Shown here: positions 1 through 8,945 of the stretch, in pieces
How the letters are laid out: each line of letters opens with the position of its first letter
How positions within the stretch are numbered: the stretch's first letter is position 1
Sequence record: MH809529.1
DNA length: 24,000 nucleotides
Direction: 5' to 3' (one strand)
DNA from: Lactobacillus phage Iacchus
Program-made: the position numbers and the translations under genes
Notes under the pieces: generated by a model
Told to the model about the DNA's origin: nothing
The model's input: the letters and a program-made list of their open reading frames with translations, nothing else
The model's database searches: none

Positions 1-71
1 CAGTAAATTTGTCTAACTTTATTGCCATCTAATAATGCATCCATTGCTTCACTAAATTCCATAATAATCTC

Positions 72-557
72 CTAATCAACATCCTCTAAAGCTACTTTGT
101 TCCAGTCAATCGCGACGTCATCACGACTTTTTAGTTGTTCAATTTGTTCGGGCGAAAAATCATCTATAACAGAAGTTAAATCCTCATCTACTAAACGTCC
201 TAAATATGCCCGTTGACCCCAACTAAAAACATCAACATGAAGGTAACTGTTTTCATCCGTTGAAACTACCTTTACTCGCTTTCTAATAACGCCCTTACGC
301 TCTGAAATAGGGGTTTTAGCATAGGCTACAATAGCATCAAACAAGTCGTCACTTACACCAGACATATAGTGTAAGTCAACCATATTCTGATATTCTTCAC
401 TAATTGCTGCAACTGTATCACCGCCGATTTCACCAGATACCCTAGTTTCACATTCTCCTACTTTTACAATATAACCCGGCGTCTTGGTTACTATTTTAAT
501 AAATTCTTCTGTCTTCATACTAATCCTCCTTACCTTTCCTAAGTAACTTGGTTGCAT
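72..557 (-). CDS. hypothetical phage protein
   Basis: ORF track; start may be the internal Met (MKTEEF...). Confidence 0.7.
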   Translation of the reverse strand: MQPSYLGKVRRISMKTEEFIKIVTKTPGYIVKVGECETRVSGEIGGDTVAAISEEYQNMVDLHYMSGVSDDLFDAIVAYAKTPISERKGVIRKRVKVVSTDENSYLHVDVFSWGQRAYLGRLVDEDLTSVIDDFSPEQIEQLKSRDDVAIDWNKVALEDVD

Positions 558-587
558 CTACAAAATCCACATTGATTGTCTCTGGGA

Positions 588-875
588 TTATCCTAAGTCT
601 GACGAAATTAGTAATAGTCCATACTGTTCAAACTGTTTAATAAGTTCTTCAAGTGTGTTCTCATTATAGTCAGCAGCATTAATCAGCGTATTCCAAGCAT
701 AGGGAGATGACACTTCTTTACACGAAGCGTCATCATCATAGTCTTTACCTACTACATCCTCATAATAATCAGCCCATGCTTCTCCCTGACTATTAGCTGC
801 TATTAAGGCATAGTAGTCGTTTTCTGGTTCATTAAACTCATAATACTTATGTTTAATTTCTGTTGTCATTTTCAT
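588..875 (-). CDS. hypothetical phage protein
   Basis: ORF track; consensus-like minus promoter upstream at ~899-923. Confidence 0.7.
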   Translation of the reverse strand: MKMTTEIKHKYYEFNEPENDYYALIAANSQGEAWADYYEDVVGKDYDDDASCKEVSSPYAWNTLINAADYNENTLEELIKQFEQYGLLLISSDLG

Positions 876-928
876 ATCCGTCTATCCTTATTAAATAATA
901 ATAGTATATTAAAAATTGTTTGTCAAGT

Positions 929-1213
929 CTAAAATAACTTTCTACCACACTTAGGGCAATAGTTAGCTGGAGTACTAGCGAACCCCTTGCTAGTAGACAT
1001 TACTAGGTCAAAGTATTTAATTCCACAACTTGTATCTGAGTCTATCCCAAGGTCCCAGCCTGCTTCATCAACCATGTTCTTATAAGGCATATGACAATAC
1101 TCACATGTTTCTTGTTCTAGAACATTCAATTGTTTTATCAAAAGAGACTTATATGGGTTATCATCATTAGTGGCTTCAATCTTAGCTTTTAAATCAGTAA
1201 TACTACTTGTCAT
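929..1213 (-). CDS. small zinc-ribbon-like protein
   Basis: CEYC...CPKCG cysteine pairs in the 94-aa translation. Confidence 0.65.
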   Translation of the reverse strand: MTSSITDLKAKIEATNDDNPYKSLLIKQLNVLEQETCEYCHMPYKNMVDEAGWDLGIDSDTSCGIKYFDLVMSTSKGFASTPANYCPKCGRKLF

Positions 1214-1267
1214 TTTCTTACACCCCTAGTTTGTATATTATTCAGTAAGATAGTTTCATTTTCGTCC

Positions 1268-1546
1268 CTAGTACCATTTAGCTTCCCCAAAGATAAGTTC
1301 TTTTGGTGCTATTAAATCTAGTTCAACATTTTGAGTCTTAGCATATTCCTCGTAGTATTTATAGTTAGCCGTAATATGCTTAATTTCATCAGTAGTAAAG
1401 CCACTACAGAACAATAGCGCTGAGTGTTTGCCTTGATAGGCACTAGTTTGCATCACCTTAAACATCTTATTCCATAATTCAGGCTTAACCTGCCGTTCTC
1501 GGTAAGTCTTAGCAATTATTCTTAGTTGTTCTCCGCTTGTCAACAT
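1268..1546 (-). CDS. hypothetical phage protein
   Basis: ORF track, overlaps the next gene by a few bases as in an operon. Confidence 0.65.
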   Translation of the reverse strand: MLTSGEQLRIIAKTYRERQVKPELWNKMFKVMQTSAYQGKHSALLFCSGFTTDEIKHITANYKYYEEYAKTQNVELDLIAPKELIFGEAKWY

Positions 1547-1851
1547 GAACTATCCTCCAAATCGCTGTTCTTAACAAACACGCCGTCAACCATCTTGCCA
1601 GTTCGATTCTTAATTGTGTTGTATGCTTCTTTGACACATTCATCTAAATGCAAACCATTTTGCAATGCATAGATTGTCAATACCACGAAAATGTCGCCAA
1701 TGCTATCAATCTGTTTGTCTCGATAACCTTTATTGTGAGCTTCGGCAAGCTCACCCATCTCTTCTACTAGTTTAATTAACTGTTTATCAGGGTTCGTTTT
1801 ATCTAGACCACGATGAGTGGCCCATGATTCGATTGATTTATAATAATCCAT
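1540..1851 (-). CDS. MazG-like nucleotide pyrophosphohydrolase
   Basis: KLVEEMGELAEA...DSIGDIFVVL, typical EExxE...ExxD-type MazG fold pattern. Confidence 0.8.
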   Translation of the reverse strand: MDYYKSIESWATHRGLDKTNPDKQLIKLVEEMGELAEAHNKGYRDKQIDSIGDIFVVLTIYALQNGLHLDECVKEAYNTIKNRTGKMVDGVFVKNSDLEDSSC

Positions 1852-2165
1852 TACTTATTTACCTCTTTACTTGTAGTTTTTAATAATTCTAGCTTTTTAA
1901 TAATATCTTCATAACCTATATAGTTTAAAGAGTTACCCTGTTCATAGTCTAAAAATCTTGATAAGCTTAATCCTGTATACCTAGCTGCTTGCTTCTGGCT
2001 AATAGATAACTCTGTTTCTAGCTGAATTATATGCTGTGAATAAACAAATTGTTTACTGTTAGCATACATACCACTATCATTTAGAAACTTAGCAAGTCTC
2101 TTGGCTGCCTTTCTATCACGCTTGCGCTCACTATTCATTGGTATCACTATCCACATTATAGCCAT
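1851..2165 (-). CDS. putative HTH-type small protein
   Basis: LSISQKQAARYTGLSLSRFLDYEQG helix-turn-helix-like segment. Confidence 0.5.
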   Translation of the reverse strand: MAIMWIVIPMNSERKRDRKAAKRLAKFLNDSGMYANSKQFVYSQHIIQLETELSISQKQAARYTGLSLSRFLDYEQGNSLNYIGYEDIIKKLELLKTTSKEVNK

Positions 2166-2490
2166 GCTTCTTAACTAGTTCAATATCATTAGCATCATAC
2201 AATTCATAGCCTTTAGCTAGTAAGCGTGAAACGTAGATATAGTTATAGAATACTGCCACAGCGATTTGAATAATCAATACTGTAATTGGACTAACAGCAT
2301 AACCGGCTACACTTAATACACAGAATACGCCAAATGCCCCTAACCAATCTCCCCGGAATAGTGGTGCAAATACTCCAAAAAAGAATGTCGTCCATGAAAT
2401 ACCTAGTGGGGATGATTTAATCTTACCGTTCTTCTTGTCAATAAATTTAACCTTGTGTCCTGCGTCTTGAAATAATGTTGTAAAGTTCAT
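2131..2490 (-). CDS. DUF2628-like small membrane protein
   Basis: SWTTFFFGVFAPLFRGDWLGAF pattern followed by TM segments. Confidence 0.65.
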   Translation of the reverse strand: MNFTTLFQDAGHKVKFIDKKNGKIKSSPLGISWTTFFFGVFAPLFRGDWLGAFGVFCVLSVAGYAVSPITVLIIQIAVAVFYNYIYVSRLLAKGYELYDANDIELVKKHGYNVDSDTNE

Positions 2491-2548
2491 AATGTTTTGC
2501 CTCTTTCTTTATTTAATGGCCTAATTTTATACCTATTGTTACTGCTTG

Positions 2549-2824
2549 TCAACCAATATATGGCTTTCCTGTAAAAAGTTGTCCTAGTACATACAGAGTA
2601 AACAGTGCAAATGCAAGCACAACCAATAGTAGTATAATATCATTTAGCTTGCTTATCCACCTCTGACTAGCTAGCCAACTCCTAATCTTAACAATACCTG
2701 AATGTGGCACAATGTACCTAAATGCCATCCCCAGTAACTTTAACATCCATGCGAAAGCCCAGAATAAAAATGCTGCCCCGGCTATAGCTAGGATTCCAAC
2801 AAATATATCTATAATAATTATCAT
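2549..2824 (-). CDS. small membrane protein
   Basis: two strongly hydrophobic segments. Confidence 0.65.
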   Translation of the reverse strand: MIIIIDIFVGILAIAGAAFLFWAFAWMLKLLGMAFRYIVPHSGIVKIRSWLASQRWISKLNDIILLLVVLAFALFTLYVLGQLFTGKPYIG

Positions 2825-2862
2825 GGTTACAATATAACCCCCTTGTTAATCATTTTGTAGAT

Positions 2863-3027
2863 TCATTTTTCATTAGACTTTTTATACTTTTTAAAATCTT
2901 CTTGGCTTAACCCTAGTCTAACTCTTTCTGCTAAAAGGTCTAACTCCTTCTTAAACTCTTTGCTGTCTTGATAAGCTAATACTTTCTTAGCTACGGGGTC
3001 GTTTTTATTAACCATATCTCTAAACAT
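2863..3027 (-). CDS. hypothetical 54-aa basic protein missed by the ORF track
   Basis: hand translation: MFRDMVNKNDPVAKKVLAYQDSKEFKKELDLLAERVRLGLSQEDFKKYKKSNEK*; fills an otherwise empty intergenic gap. Confidence 0.5.
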   Translation of the reverse strand: MFRDMVNKNDPVAKKVLAYQDSKEFKKELDLLAERVRLGLSQEDFKKYKKSNEK

Positions 3028-3041
3028 CTAACCATCCTCTA

Positions 3042-3371
3042 TTATTTAACAGAAATCCATAGTCCATGATTACTAAGCTCAACTAAATAGCCTAATGCAT
3101 GAAATATGCTAACAATCCATTTTATATTAGTTTTAGAGTTCAATTTATCAATATCTACTAATGTCACAGGGTTACCACGAAAAACAGCATTATCAATAAC
3201 CTTTTTCATGATGTAGCTAAAGTCAGACTTAGTTTCGTCACAAGGACTTTTATCAATTAGGCGCTTAGCATCTTTAGCCAGATACTCACGAGCCTCAGCA
3301 TTAGACATGATTGAACTAATTCCCTTATAAAGTACACTATTGTCAAACTCGACTTCTTTGTATTCTCGCAT
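3042..3371 (-). CDS. hypothetical phage protein
   Basis: ORF track. Confidence 0.6.
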   Translation of the reverse strand: MREYKEVEFDNSVLYKGISSIMSNAEAREYLAKDAKRLIDKSPCDETKSDFSYIMKKVIDNAVFRGNPVTLVDIDKLNSKTNIKWIVSIFHALGYLVELSNHGLWISVK

Positions 3372-3376
3372 ATGTC

Positions 3377-3835
3377 TTAGCCCTCCTCAATTTGATAACC
3401 ATCTAGCCACGCACGGACAAACGTTTCAGAATTGTCTTCCATATACTCAGCTAGATTGTCGTCTCTAATGAAATGATGCGTAGCGTCCCAAATGTCATCA
3501 CCTTGTGACTTCATGTCAGCAATATATTCAGCAACATAATGTGGAATTACTGGTAACTCGGCATACTGTTGTTTGAACTCTTTATCGGCCATAACTTTAA
3601 TCTCGTCTGTTTCATTAACAACCCAATCACCAATTTCAAATGAAACTTCATTATCGTCTGGAAAGGCATCAGGTTCTGGTTCAAAATCGTCAATCAATAT
3701 TGAATAATAAGCTGGCTCACCTGTTAGTGCATCAACTAAGGAATCTGGCATAACTTCATAGCCAAATAGACTTGTCTGACTCCCATCAAATTTTAGGGCT
3801 TCTATTGGTTTGTCATTTCTACGATAAGCTCTCAT
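3377..3835 (-). CDS. hypothetical phage protein
   Basis: ORF track; acidic, small beta-domain-like end (GDWVVNETDEIKVMADKEFKQQY). Confidence 0.65.
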   Translation of the reverse strand: MRAYRRNDKPIEALKFDGSQTSLFGYEVMPDSLVDALTGEPAYYSILIDDFEPEPDAFPDDNEVSFEIGDWVVNETDEIKVMADKEFKQQYAELPVIPHYVAEYIADMKSQGDDIWDATHHFIRDDNLAEYMEDNSETFVRAWLDGYQIEEG

Positions 3836-3981
3836 TTTTATTTGCCACCCTTCATAAGACTAGAATTTTTATAAATATTACCAATAACTTCAAATTGAAA
3901 GCTCCAAGAGTCATACAGGCATGGTTCAAGTACATGTGCCCTTACTGGTTTTAAAAACACACCTGGTCGCCCAAGTGAATC

Positions 3982-4272
3982 TTATGAAACTACTTCATTA
4001 ACCATTGGCTCCATTGTTAATTCACTTGCATCAGACCACACATTGACGATATCGCCAATATAAATTCCCTTACCATTAACATCTCTCAGTCCGGTAAACT
4101 GTAACAGTTCAACATCATCGTTCTTAATGTCCCAAGTTTCGTTTTTCCTATTTACAATAACGTTAACAGAGCTTGGTGTCCCTTGGGTATCGCCATTCTG
4201 GATTGCTGATACATAGTCAGCCATTATCTTCCTGTACCCGTTCCAAGCTTTGAACCTAATTACTCTCGTCAT
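3982..4272 (-). CDS. YopX-like protein
   Basis: IRFKAWN...LLQFTGLRDVNGKGIYIGDIV, characteristic YopX-family pattern. Confidence 0.8.
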   Translation of the reverse strand: MTRVIRFKAWNGYRKIMADYVSAIQNGDTQGTPSSVNVIVNRKNETWDIKNDDVELLQFTGLRDVNGKGIYIGDIVNVWSDASELTMEPMVNEVVS

Positions 4273-4302
4273 ATTAAACGCCTCTTTCCTTTCTATAATA
4301 AA

Positions 4303-4332
4303 ATTATATCACCACTGGTATGTTCTTGTCAA
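4303..4332 (-). promoter_or_regulatory. sigma70-type promoter
   Basis: minus strand TTGACA-N18-TATAAT upstream of the YopX-like gene. Confidence 0.7.
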
Positions 4333-4334
4333 GT

Positions 4335-5189
4335 TTATTTTATGTTGTTTGTTTTTCTCTTCATCAACTTTTCAACTTTGGAGGCCACAATGTCGCCTAG
4401 TTTGTCTCTGGTGGTCTCTACTGCCTTGTTATCGGCGTTTGTGAACCAGTAACCCTTGGTTTGGCTTAGTCTGTCTTTAATAACGCTGTTAATATTCCCT
4501 AAGTTAACCTCAAGTTCCCGACTCGCTTCACTCTGCGATTCAAACCGTGAAGCCTCTTGTGTCTTCAAATTGATTGCAAACACGCCACCTTTGAAATTAA
4601 TATCAGCCTTGATTTTTCGTAATTTATCTTTGTCGGCTTCAACGCCGTTGCCATTGTCTTCTGTGAACCAATAGCCACCAGCCGTTTTATATTGGCCTTT
4701 AATAACTTTAGTAATATCTGGTTGGCTAACCTCAAGTTCCCGACTCGCTTCACTTTGCGACTTGAACCTAAACACTTCTAATGTGTTTAAGTTGATTGCA
4801 TACAAGGAATGGCCTCTCGATTCTGTGCTTGACACTCCGTATTTTTCTGTGTATTGGCGATTGTACGAAGCGTCACACCATTCAAGATTATCAACATTAT
4901 TGTTAGTTCTATTGCAATCCTTATGGTTCACCTGTGGCAAATTATCAGGGTTCGGAATGAACGTTTGGGCAACGAGACGGTGGACTTTTATAGTGACCGT
5001 TTTACCGTTTGCGTTGAACGATACTTGCATATAGCCATCTTTATTACGCCATTGTTTTAGAATATGACCTTGTATGATACGTGTTCCTCTTTTAGTTGTA
5101 ACCACTCTATCTAGCGTACGAACATCACCGAACGGACTAACCTCGATAAACGAAAACTCCGGATAAGTTTTCCAAACTTCAATTTTCAT
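4335..5189 (-). CDS. HNH homing endonuclease with NUMOD4 and two NUMOD1-like repeats
   Basis: N-terminal WKTYPEF..IEVSPFGDVRTLDR (NUMOD4); VHRLVAQTFIPNPDNLPQVNHKDCNRTNNNVDNLEWC (HNH); two copies of F(K/E)SQSEASRELEV...GYWFT (NUMOD1). Confidence 0.92.
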   Translation of the reverse strand: MKIEVWKTYPEFSFIEVSPFGDVRTLDRVVTTKRGTRIIQGHILKQWRNKDGYMQVSFNANGKTVTIKVHRLVAQTFIPNPDNLPQVNHKDCNRTNNNVDNLEWCDASYNRQYTEKYGVSSTESRGHSLYAINLNTLEVFRFKSQSEASRELEVSQPDITKVIKGQYKTAGGYWFTEDNGNGVEADKDKLRKIKADINFKGGVFAINLKTQEASRFESQSEASRELEVNLGNINSVIKDRLSQTKGYWFTNADNKAVETTRDKLGDIVASKVEKLMKRKTNNIK

Positions 5190-5221
5190 ACAACTATCCT
5201 TCTTTCCTCTTCTATAATAAA

Positions 5222-5251
5222 AGCATACCCTTTTCTAGTATGCTTTGTCAA
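5222..5251 (-). promoter_or_regulatory. promoter with palindromic spacer
   Basis: TTGACA-N18-TATGCT, inverted repeat AGCATAC...GTATGCT overlapping the -10. Confidence 0.65.
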
Positions 5252-5255
5252 TACT

Positions 5256-5525
5256 TTATTTATAAACTGTTAATACTTGGTAGGCGCCTTTTGAGATAAC
5301 TAAGGGTGAGCTTAAATGAAGATAATTTGTACCATCCTTTAGTTCATCCTTAGTAAACTCTCTAGATACCCAAATAAGGTGCTGTTCGTTTTCTAGCGTG
5401 CTGAACACAACCAGCTTAATGCCAGTTAATAAATTGTTATTGTTAAAGTCAACCTTAAAAGGGATAGCAATTACCCCAGTGTTTCCATCACTACGCCTTG
5501 AAGCTAACTCCGTTTTATCATTCAT
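5256..5525 (-). CDS. hypothetical phage protein
   Basis: ORF track. Confidence 0.65.
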   Translation of the reverse strand: MNDKTELASRRSDGNTGVIAIPFKVDFNNNNLLTGIKLVVFSTLENEQHLIWVSREFTKDELKDGTNYLHLSSPLVISKGAYQVLTVYK

Positions 5526-5538
5526 TATGCTAACCTCG

Positions 5539-6498
5539 CTAAATCATATTCTTAACTTTTAGTGCTACATACTTACGAGCTTGTGCCCGTGATACCCGAA
5601 TTAATTGTTTAATCTCTGCTGGTAACTCCGGCGATTCTTCAATAGCATCCAGCAGCACCTCAGTCGCCACCTTATTAGTATTACCATTACGCATCCAGTC
5701 AAATGACAACTCACTAGGAAGTTCGCCCTCATCCTGACCTTCTAATACCTTCTTAGATACTCGGGCTAAGGTTACATTATTATTAATCCACTCAGTTAAG
5801 CTAATAGACTCTGAGTGTTCCTTAACGTGCTTGGACTCTTTAAAGGTAGCATTGACTAGCTTAATCCGCAAGGGGCCTGTAGTAGTCTGTGAAGTAGGTA
5901 CTGTCTTGCTTAAATCAGTAACTACAATACCTTCCATATTACCACTGGCTGAGTAATTAGACTTATCAGAATATTTAGCTTGAATCTTAGGTAAGTCATT
6001 GAACCCAATTCCAGTAACGTTATCCTCTAATAAAGGTGCCATTTCAATTCCATCTACACCATATAATACATCCTTATATAGCTTTTCAGCCTCATGATAT
6101 CCTAGATACTTATGAGACGCTTTATCGTACACGTCAAACAGATACCACTTGTGATAGTATTCATCCTTATACTGTACTCGGTGCTTAGTTAACCATTCGC
6201 CAAACACAATGTAGTTATCTCCAATGTGCTTTAAATAATCTGCGTTATCATTAACGAATCCATAGAATCCATTTAGTTTTTTATCAGCGTCTAATTCCCC
6301 TTTATGAGAGTAAGACTTAACCTCGCCATCAAGTACCTCTACAGATGCATTAGAACCATCCAGCTTTTCAGTAATAACTAAAGTGTCTTCCGGTTCAATA
6401 GTAATAACTTCTTTGTTCTCATTAGATAACTTATTTTCAAACAATTGTTCATTTTCATAAGCATTAATCTTTTGGAATTTACGCATATTGGCATTCAC
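5539..6498 (-). CDS. RNA ligase, T4 Rnl2-like family
   Basis: nucleotidyltransferase motif I EKLDGSNASV, IVFGEWL motif III-like, MEGIVV motif IV-like, RIKL motif V-like. Confidence 0.85.
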   Translation of the reverse strand: MNANMRKFQKINAYENEQLFENKLSNENKEVITIEPEDTLVITEKLDGSNASVEVLDGEVKSYSHKGELDADKKLNGFYGFVNDNADYLKHIGDNYIVFGEWLTKHRVQYKDEYYHKWYLFDVYDKASHKYLGYHEAEKLYKDVLYGVDGIEMAPLLEDNVTGIGFNDLPKIQAKYSDKSNYSASGNMEGIVVTDLSKTVPTSQTTTGPLRIKLVNATFKESKHVKEHSESISLTEWINNNVTLARVSKKVLEGQDEGELPSELSFDWMRNGNTNKVATEVLLDAIEESPELPAEIKQLIRVSRAQARKYVALKVKNMI

Positions 6499-6870
6499 CT
6501 ACTTTTCTAGTAGTCCATTAACATACTTGATATTTACCTTTAATTGGTCAATATAATCTTGTACACTAATAACTTTATCTTTGTTCTTAGCAATTACTTC
6601 TTCCTTAGCATAGTTACTTAAAGCATTACCTAGACTCGGATAGTATCCAACTGTAGCTGGACTTGGCTTAACCTCTTTAGTCTTAGAGTCAACCGTAGTG
6701 AACACTTTACCTTTATTGTCCAATCTGCGTTGTAACATCCAGTTACTATGATTAGACACAACAACTTGGTAATTTCCATCAATATCAATAGTGGTAGCCA
6801 TTATTAAGCGCCTCCCTTTCAATTTGTTTATAGTTAACAGTGTCGACAGTATAACTTCCGTTAATAACAA
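6499..6870 (-). CDS. hypothetical phage protein
   Basis: ORF track; likely start at the internal Met (MATTIDIDGN...). Confidence 0.6.
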   Translation of the reverse strand: MLLTEVILSTLLTINKLKGRRLIMATTIDIDGNYQVVVSNHSNWMLQRRLDNKGKVFTTVDSKTKEVKPSPATVGYYPSLGNALSNYAKEEVIAKNKDKVISVQDYIDQLKVNIKYVNGLLEK

Positions 6871-7102
6871 CTAGCATCCCACCAAACATACTCATTAACT
6901 TATTGGCAACTTCAATTTCGCTGTCAGTCAGTGACTTTAACCTAATTGCATCCAGCGGGTTATTAGATAGATATTCAGAACACAGCGTAGACGTATAAAT
7001 TGCTTGCACCTCTGATAGATAGCCTCCCGGGAACTTAATAGCGTATCTCATAATAGCACTCTTGTCATAGTGAGAATCATTAAACTCATTCATTGTCATC
7101 AC
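6785..7102 (-). CDS. hypothetical phage protein
   Basis: ORF track. Confidence 0.6.
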   Translation of the reverse strand: MMTMNEFNDSHYDKSAIMRYAIKFPGGYLSEVQAIYTSTLCSEYLSNNPLDAIRLKSLTDSEIEVANKLMSMFGGMLVVINGSYTVDTVNYKQIEREALNNGYHY

Positions 7103-7325
7103 TCTTTTCCAATAGTTTAATCCATCGTTCTAAATACCATTTAGCCTTATTCAAATCTTCTATCTTGTTTTTCTTATAAGGTGCTCGCAAAATGTATTTA
7201 ACAACGTTAAAGAATAGGCCGCCTTCAAATGGCTTAATAGGGGCTCCTTCTAGCTGGTCTTCAATAATATTAATTACTTCTAGCTTCCCATGATTATAAT
7301 GCTCTGGGTGGTTTACCATGCTCAT
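7086..7325 (-). CDS. DUF3310-like protein
   Basis: HPEHYNHGKLEVINIIEDQLEG...FNVVKYILRAPYKKNKIEDLNKAKWYLERWI. Confidence 0.85.
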   Translation of the reverse strand: MSMVNHPEHYNHGKLEVINIIEDQLEGAPIKPFEGGLFFNVVKYILRAPYKKNKIEDLNKAKWYLERWIKLLEKSDDNE

Positions 7326-7328
7326 GAC

Positions 7329-7577
7329 TTATTCTCCTTCTCCAGATTCAATAATACTTGTCATTGCTTCAATTTTGTTTTTTAGTGAATTGATACTTAG
7401 TGCTTGCTCTCGCTTAGAATCACTACTTCGTGGTCGATGGCGTTGTACGTCTACTAATTGCCACTCAGTCAATTTTAGTAGTACCTTAGCTTGACCAATA
7501 TTGTCAAAAACTACTTGACCATTTTTAATCAAACTGTTTTCATATTTAGCCATATAGTCCATATAGTTAATTACCAT
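7329..7577 (-). CDS. hypothetical phage protein
   Basis: ORF track. Confidence 0.6.
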   Translation of the reverse strand: MVINYMDYMAKYENSLIKNGQVVFDNIGQAKVLLKLTEWQLVDVQRHRPRSSDSKREQALSINSLKNKIEAMTSIIESGEGE

Positions 7578-7798
7578 TTGTTTGTGTCCCTCTTTCGGTT
7601 TCGAGTTACAACTAATGTAATACTGTTTGGAATTGTTACTAGCTCAGTTATTACTATTAGTTCCCAGACAAAATTAGTTTTCATAAATAGGAGAAATAGA
7701 ACTAACATAATAATTAAATTAATACCAATAACCTCTCCTAATAATGATAAAGGCCCCTGATACCTTTTGCGCTTATACTTCTTAATATATTTATCCAT
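7571..7798 (-). CDS. small membrane protein
   Basis: two hydrophobic helices flanked by basic residues. Confidence 0.55.
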   Translation of the reverse strand: MDKYIKKYKRKRYQGPLSLLGEVIGINLIIMLVLFLLFMKTNFVWELIVITELVTIPNSITLVVTRNRKRDTNKW

Positions 7799-7800
7799 AA

Positions 7801-8211
7801 TTAGTACCCGTATACATTACTGATAAACAGCTTATTTGACAGATTTACTCGGCTTTCATTAATATTCTTTAAGTAGTAGTCCTTGATAGTAGATAATAAT
7901 GGTTCTAAATTTTCAAGCTTGTCAAAACGAGTTACAGCCGAACCCAGCATACGGTGGTTGTAAACACTAACCTGTACCTTACCTTTTGACTGATGAACTT
8001 TTAGTCCTTCATAATTAGGGTCAACGCTTAGTAAGTCTGACAAGTTAGCACATTGTTTAATGCTATCAAGGGACAATCCAGTCGTTTCCATGTATCGTTT
8101 ACTTTCCTTACCGTTAACAGATTTTGATAATTTACTTAATTTAATCATATTGATATCTCCTTTTATATTTGATGAGTTCATGTTATCACGTTTTATTATG
8201 GCTGTCAACAC
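7801..8211 (-). CDS. hypothetical phage protein
   Basis: ORF track; likely starts at an internal Met; promoter TTGACA-N17-TAACAT at 8180-8208. Confidence 0.6.
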   Translation of the reverse strand: MLTAIIKRDNMNSSNIKGDINMIKLSKLSKSVNGKESKRYMETTGLSLDSIKQCANLSDLLSVDPNYEGLKVHQSKGKVQVSVYNHRMLGSAVTRFDKLENLEPLLSTIKDYYLKNINESRVNLSNKLFISNVYGY

Positions 8212-8217
8212 TTATTT

Positions 8218-8337
8218 CTAGAGTTTGCTGGTACAAATTATTAATAAAAATGTCAATCCCACCACTAGAGCATTTACTAATACCATAAGCATCAACGTTC
8301 CCCATCCTAGGTTAGTGAATAACATCAGTAACACCAT
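8218..8337 (-). CDS. very small membrane protein (39 aa)
   Basis: hand translation MVLLMLFTNLGWGTLMLMVLVNALVVGLTFLLIICTSKL*; own promoter upstream at 8404-8432. Confidence 0.4.
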   Translation of the reverse strand: MVLLMLFTNLGWGTLMLMVLVNALVVGLTFLLIICTSKL

Positions 8338-8403
8338 CAAAATAATAGCTAAAATTACAATAGTTTCCATAGCATGTGCCTCTTTCCTTTTCTATATTAA
8401 AAA

Positions 8404-8432
8404 GGATACCATTTCTGGTATCCTATGTCAAC
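8404..8432 (-). promoter_or_regulatory. promoter with palindromic spacer
   Basis: TTGACA-N17-TATCCT with inverted repeat AGGATACC...GGTATCCT. Confidence 0.7.
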
Positions 8433-8435
8433 ATA

Positions 8436-8945
8436 TTATCTAAATGTTTTTAAAAGTATTTTATCAATCATCTGTGGAGAAGGTTTATCATCTAGTATTC
8501 TGACAATTACATATGGTAGCTGTCTACGCTTTTCAATGTTTGGAATATTAAGGTTAGCTCTAAAGGGGTCTAAGCATAAATCATAATAAGTTTCTGTACA
8601 ATAGAACACCTTCTCTAATTCATCTTTATCATCACTATAGTTAGTTGGTAAATCATTTACATAGGTATCAAATGGTTCAATCTTGCCAAAATAAGCTCTT
8701 AATGCTGGCAATGCCACATCGCCAGTAGTTAATACTAGAATAGGTTTCATCACTTGGCCTCCTTTACTTAACTTCAAATTTTTGGTCCTTATAATATTTA
8801 ACACGTTGTTTAGCCTGATTAAATAAATATTCAGCGTTCCTATCAATGATATCAAATATATATACTTCATGTTTATCTGCTGATATACGGAGTAAACGAC
8901 CAATTCTTTGAAGAGTCTGAACAAATGATTTTCCGGCACTAGCAT
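8436..8945 (-). CDS. hypothetical phage protein (start probably the internal MKPILVLTTG)
   Basis: ORF track; N-terminal extension overlaps the 3' end of the helicase gene. Confidence 0.55.
   Translation of the reverse strand: MLVPENHLFRLFKELVVYSVYQQINMKYIYLISLIGTLNIYLIRLNNVLNIIRTKNLKLSKGGQVMKPILVLTTGDVALPALRAYFGKIEPFDTYVNDLPTNYSDDKDELEKVFYCTETYYDLCLDPFRANLNIPNIEKRRQLPYVIVRILDDKPSPQMIDKILLKTFR

Noticed and set aside
4456-5060. Plus-strand ORFs 4456..4674, 4762..5034, 4854..5060
   Set aside because: Antisense to the well-supported HNH endonuclease gene; no protein-like features.
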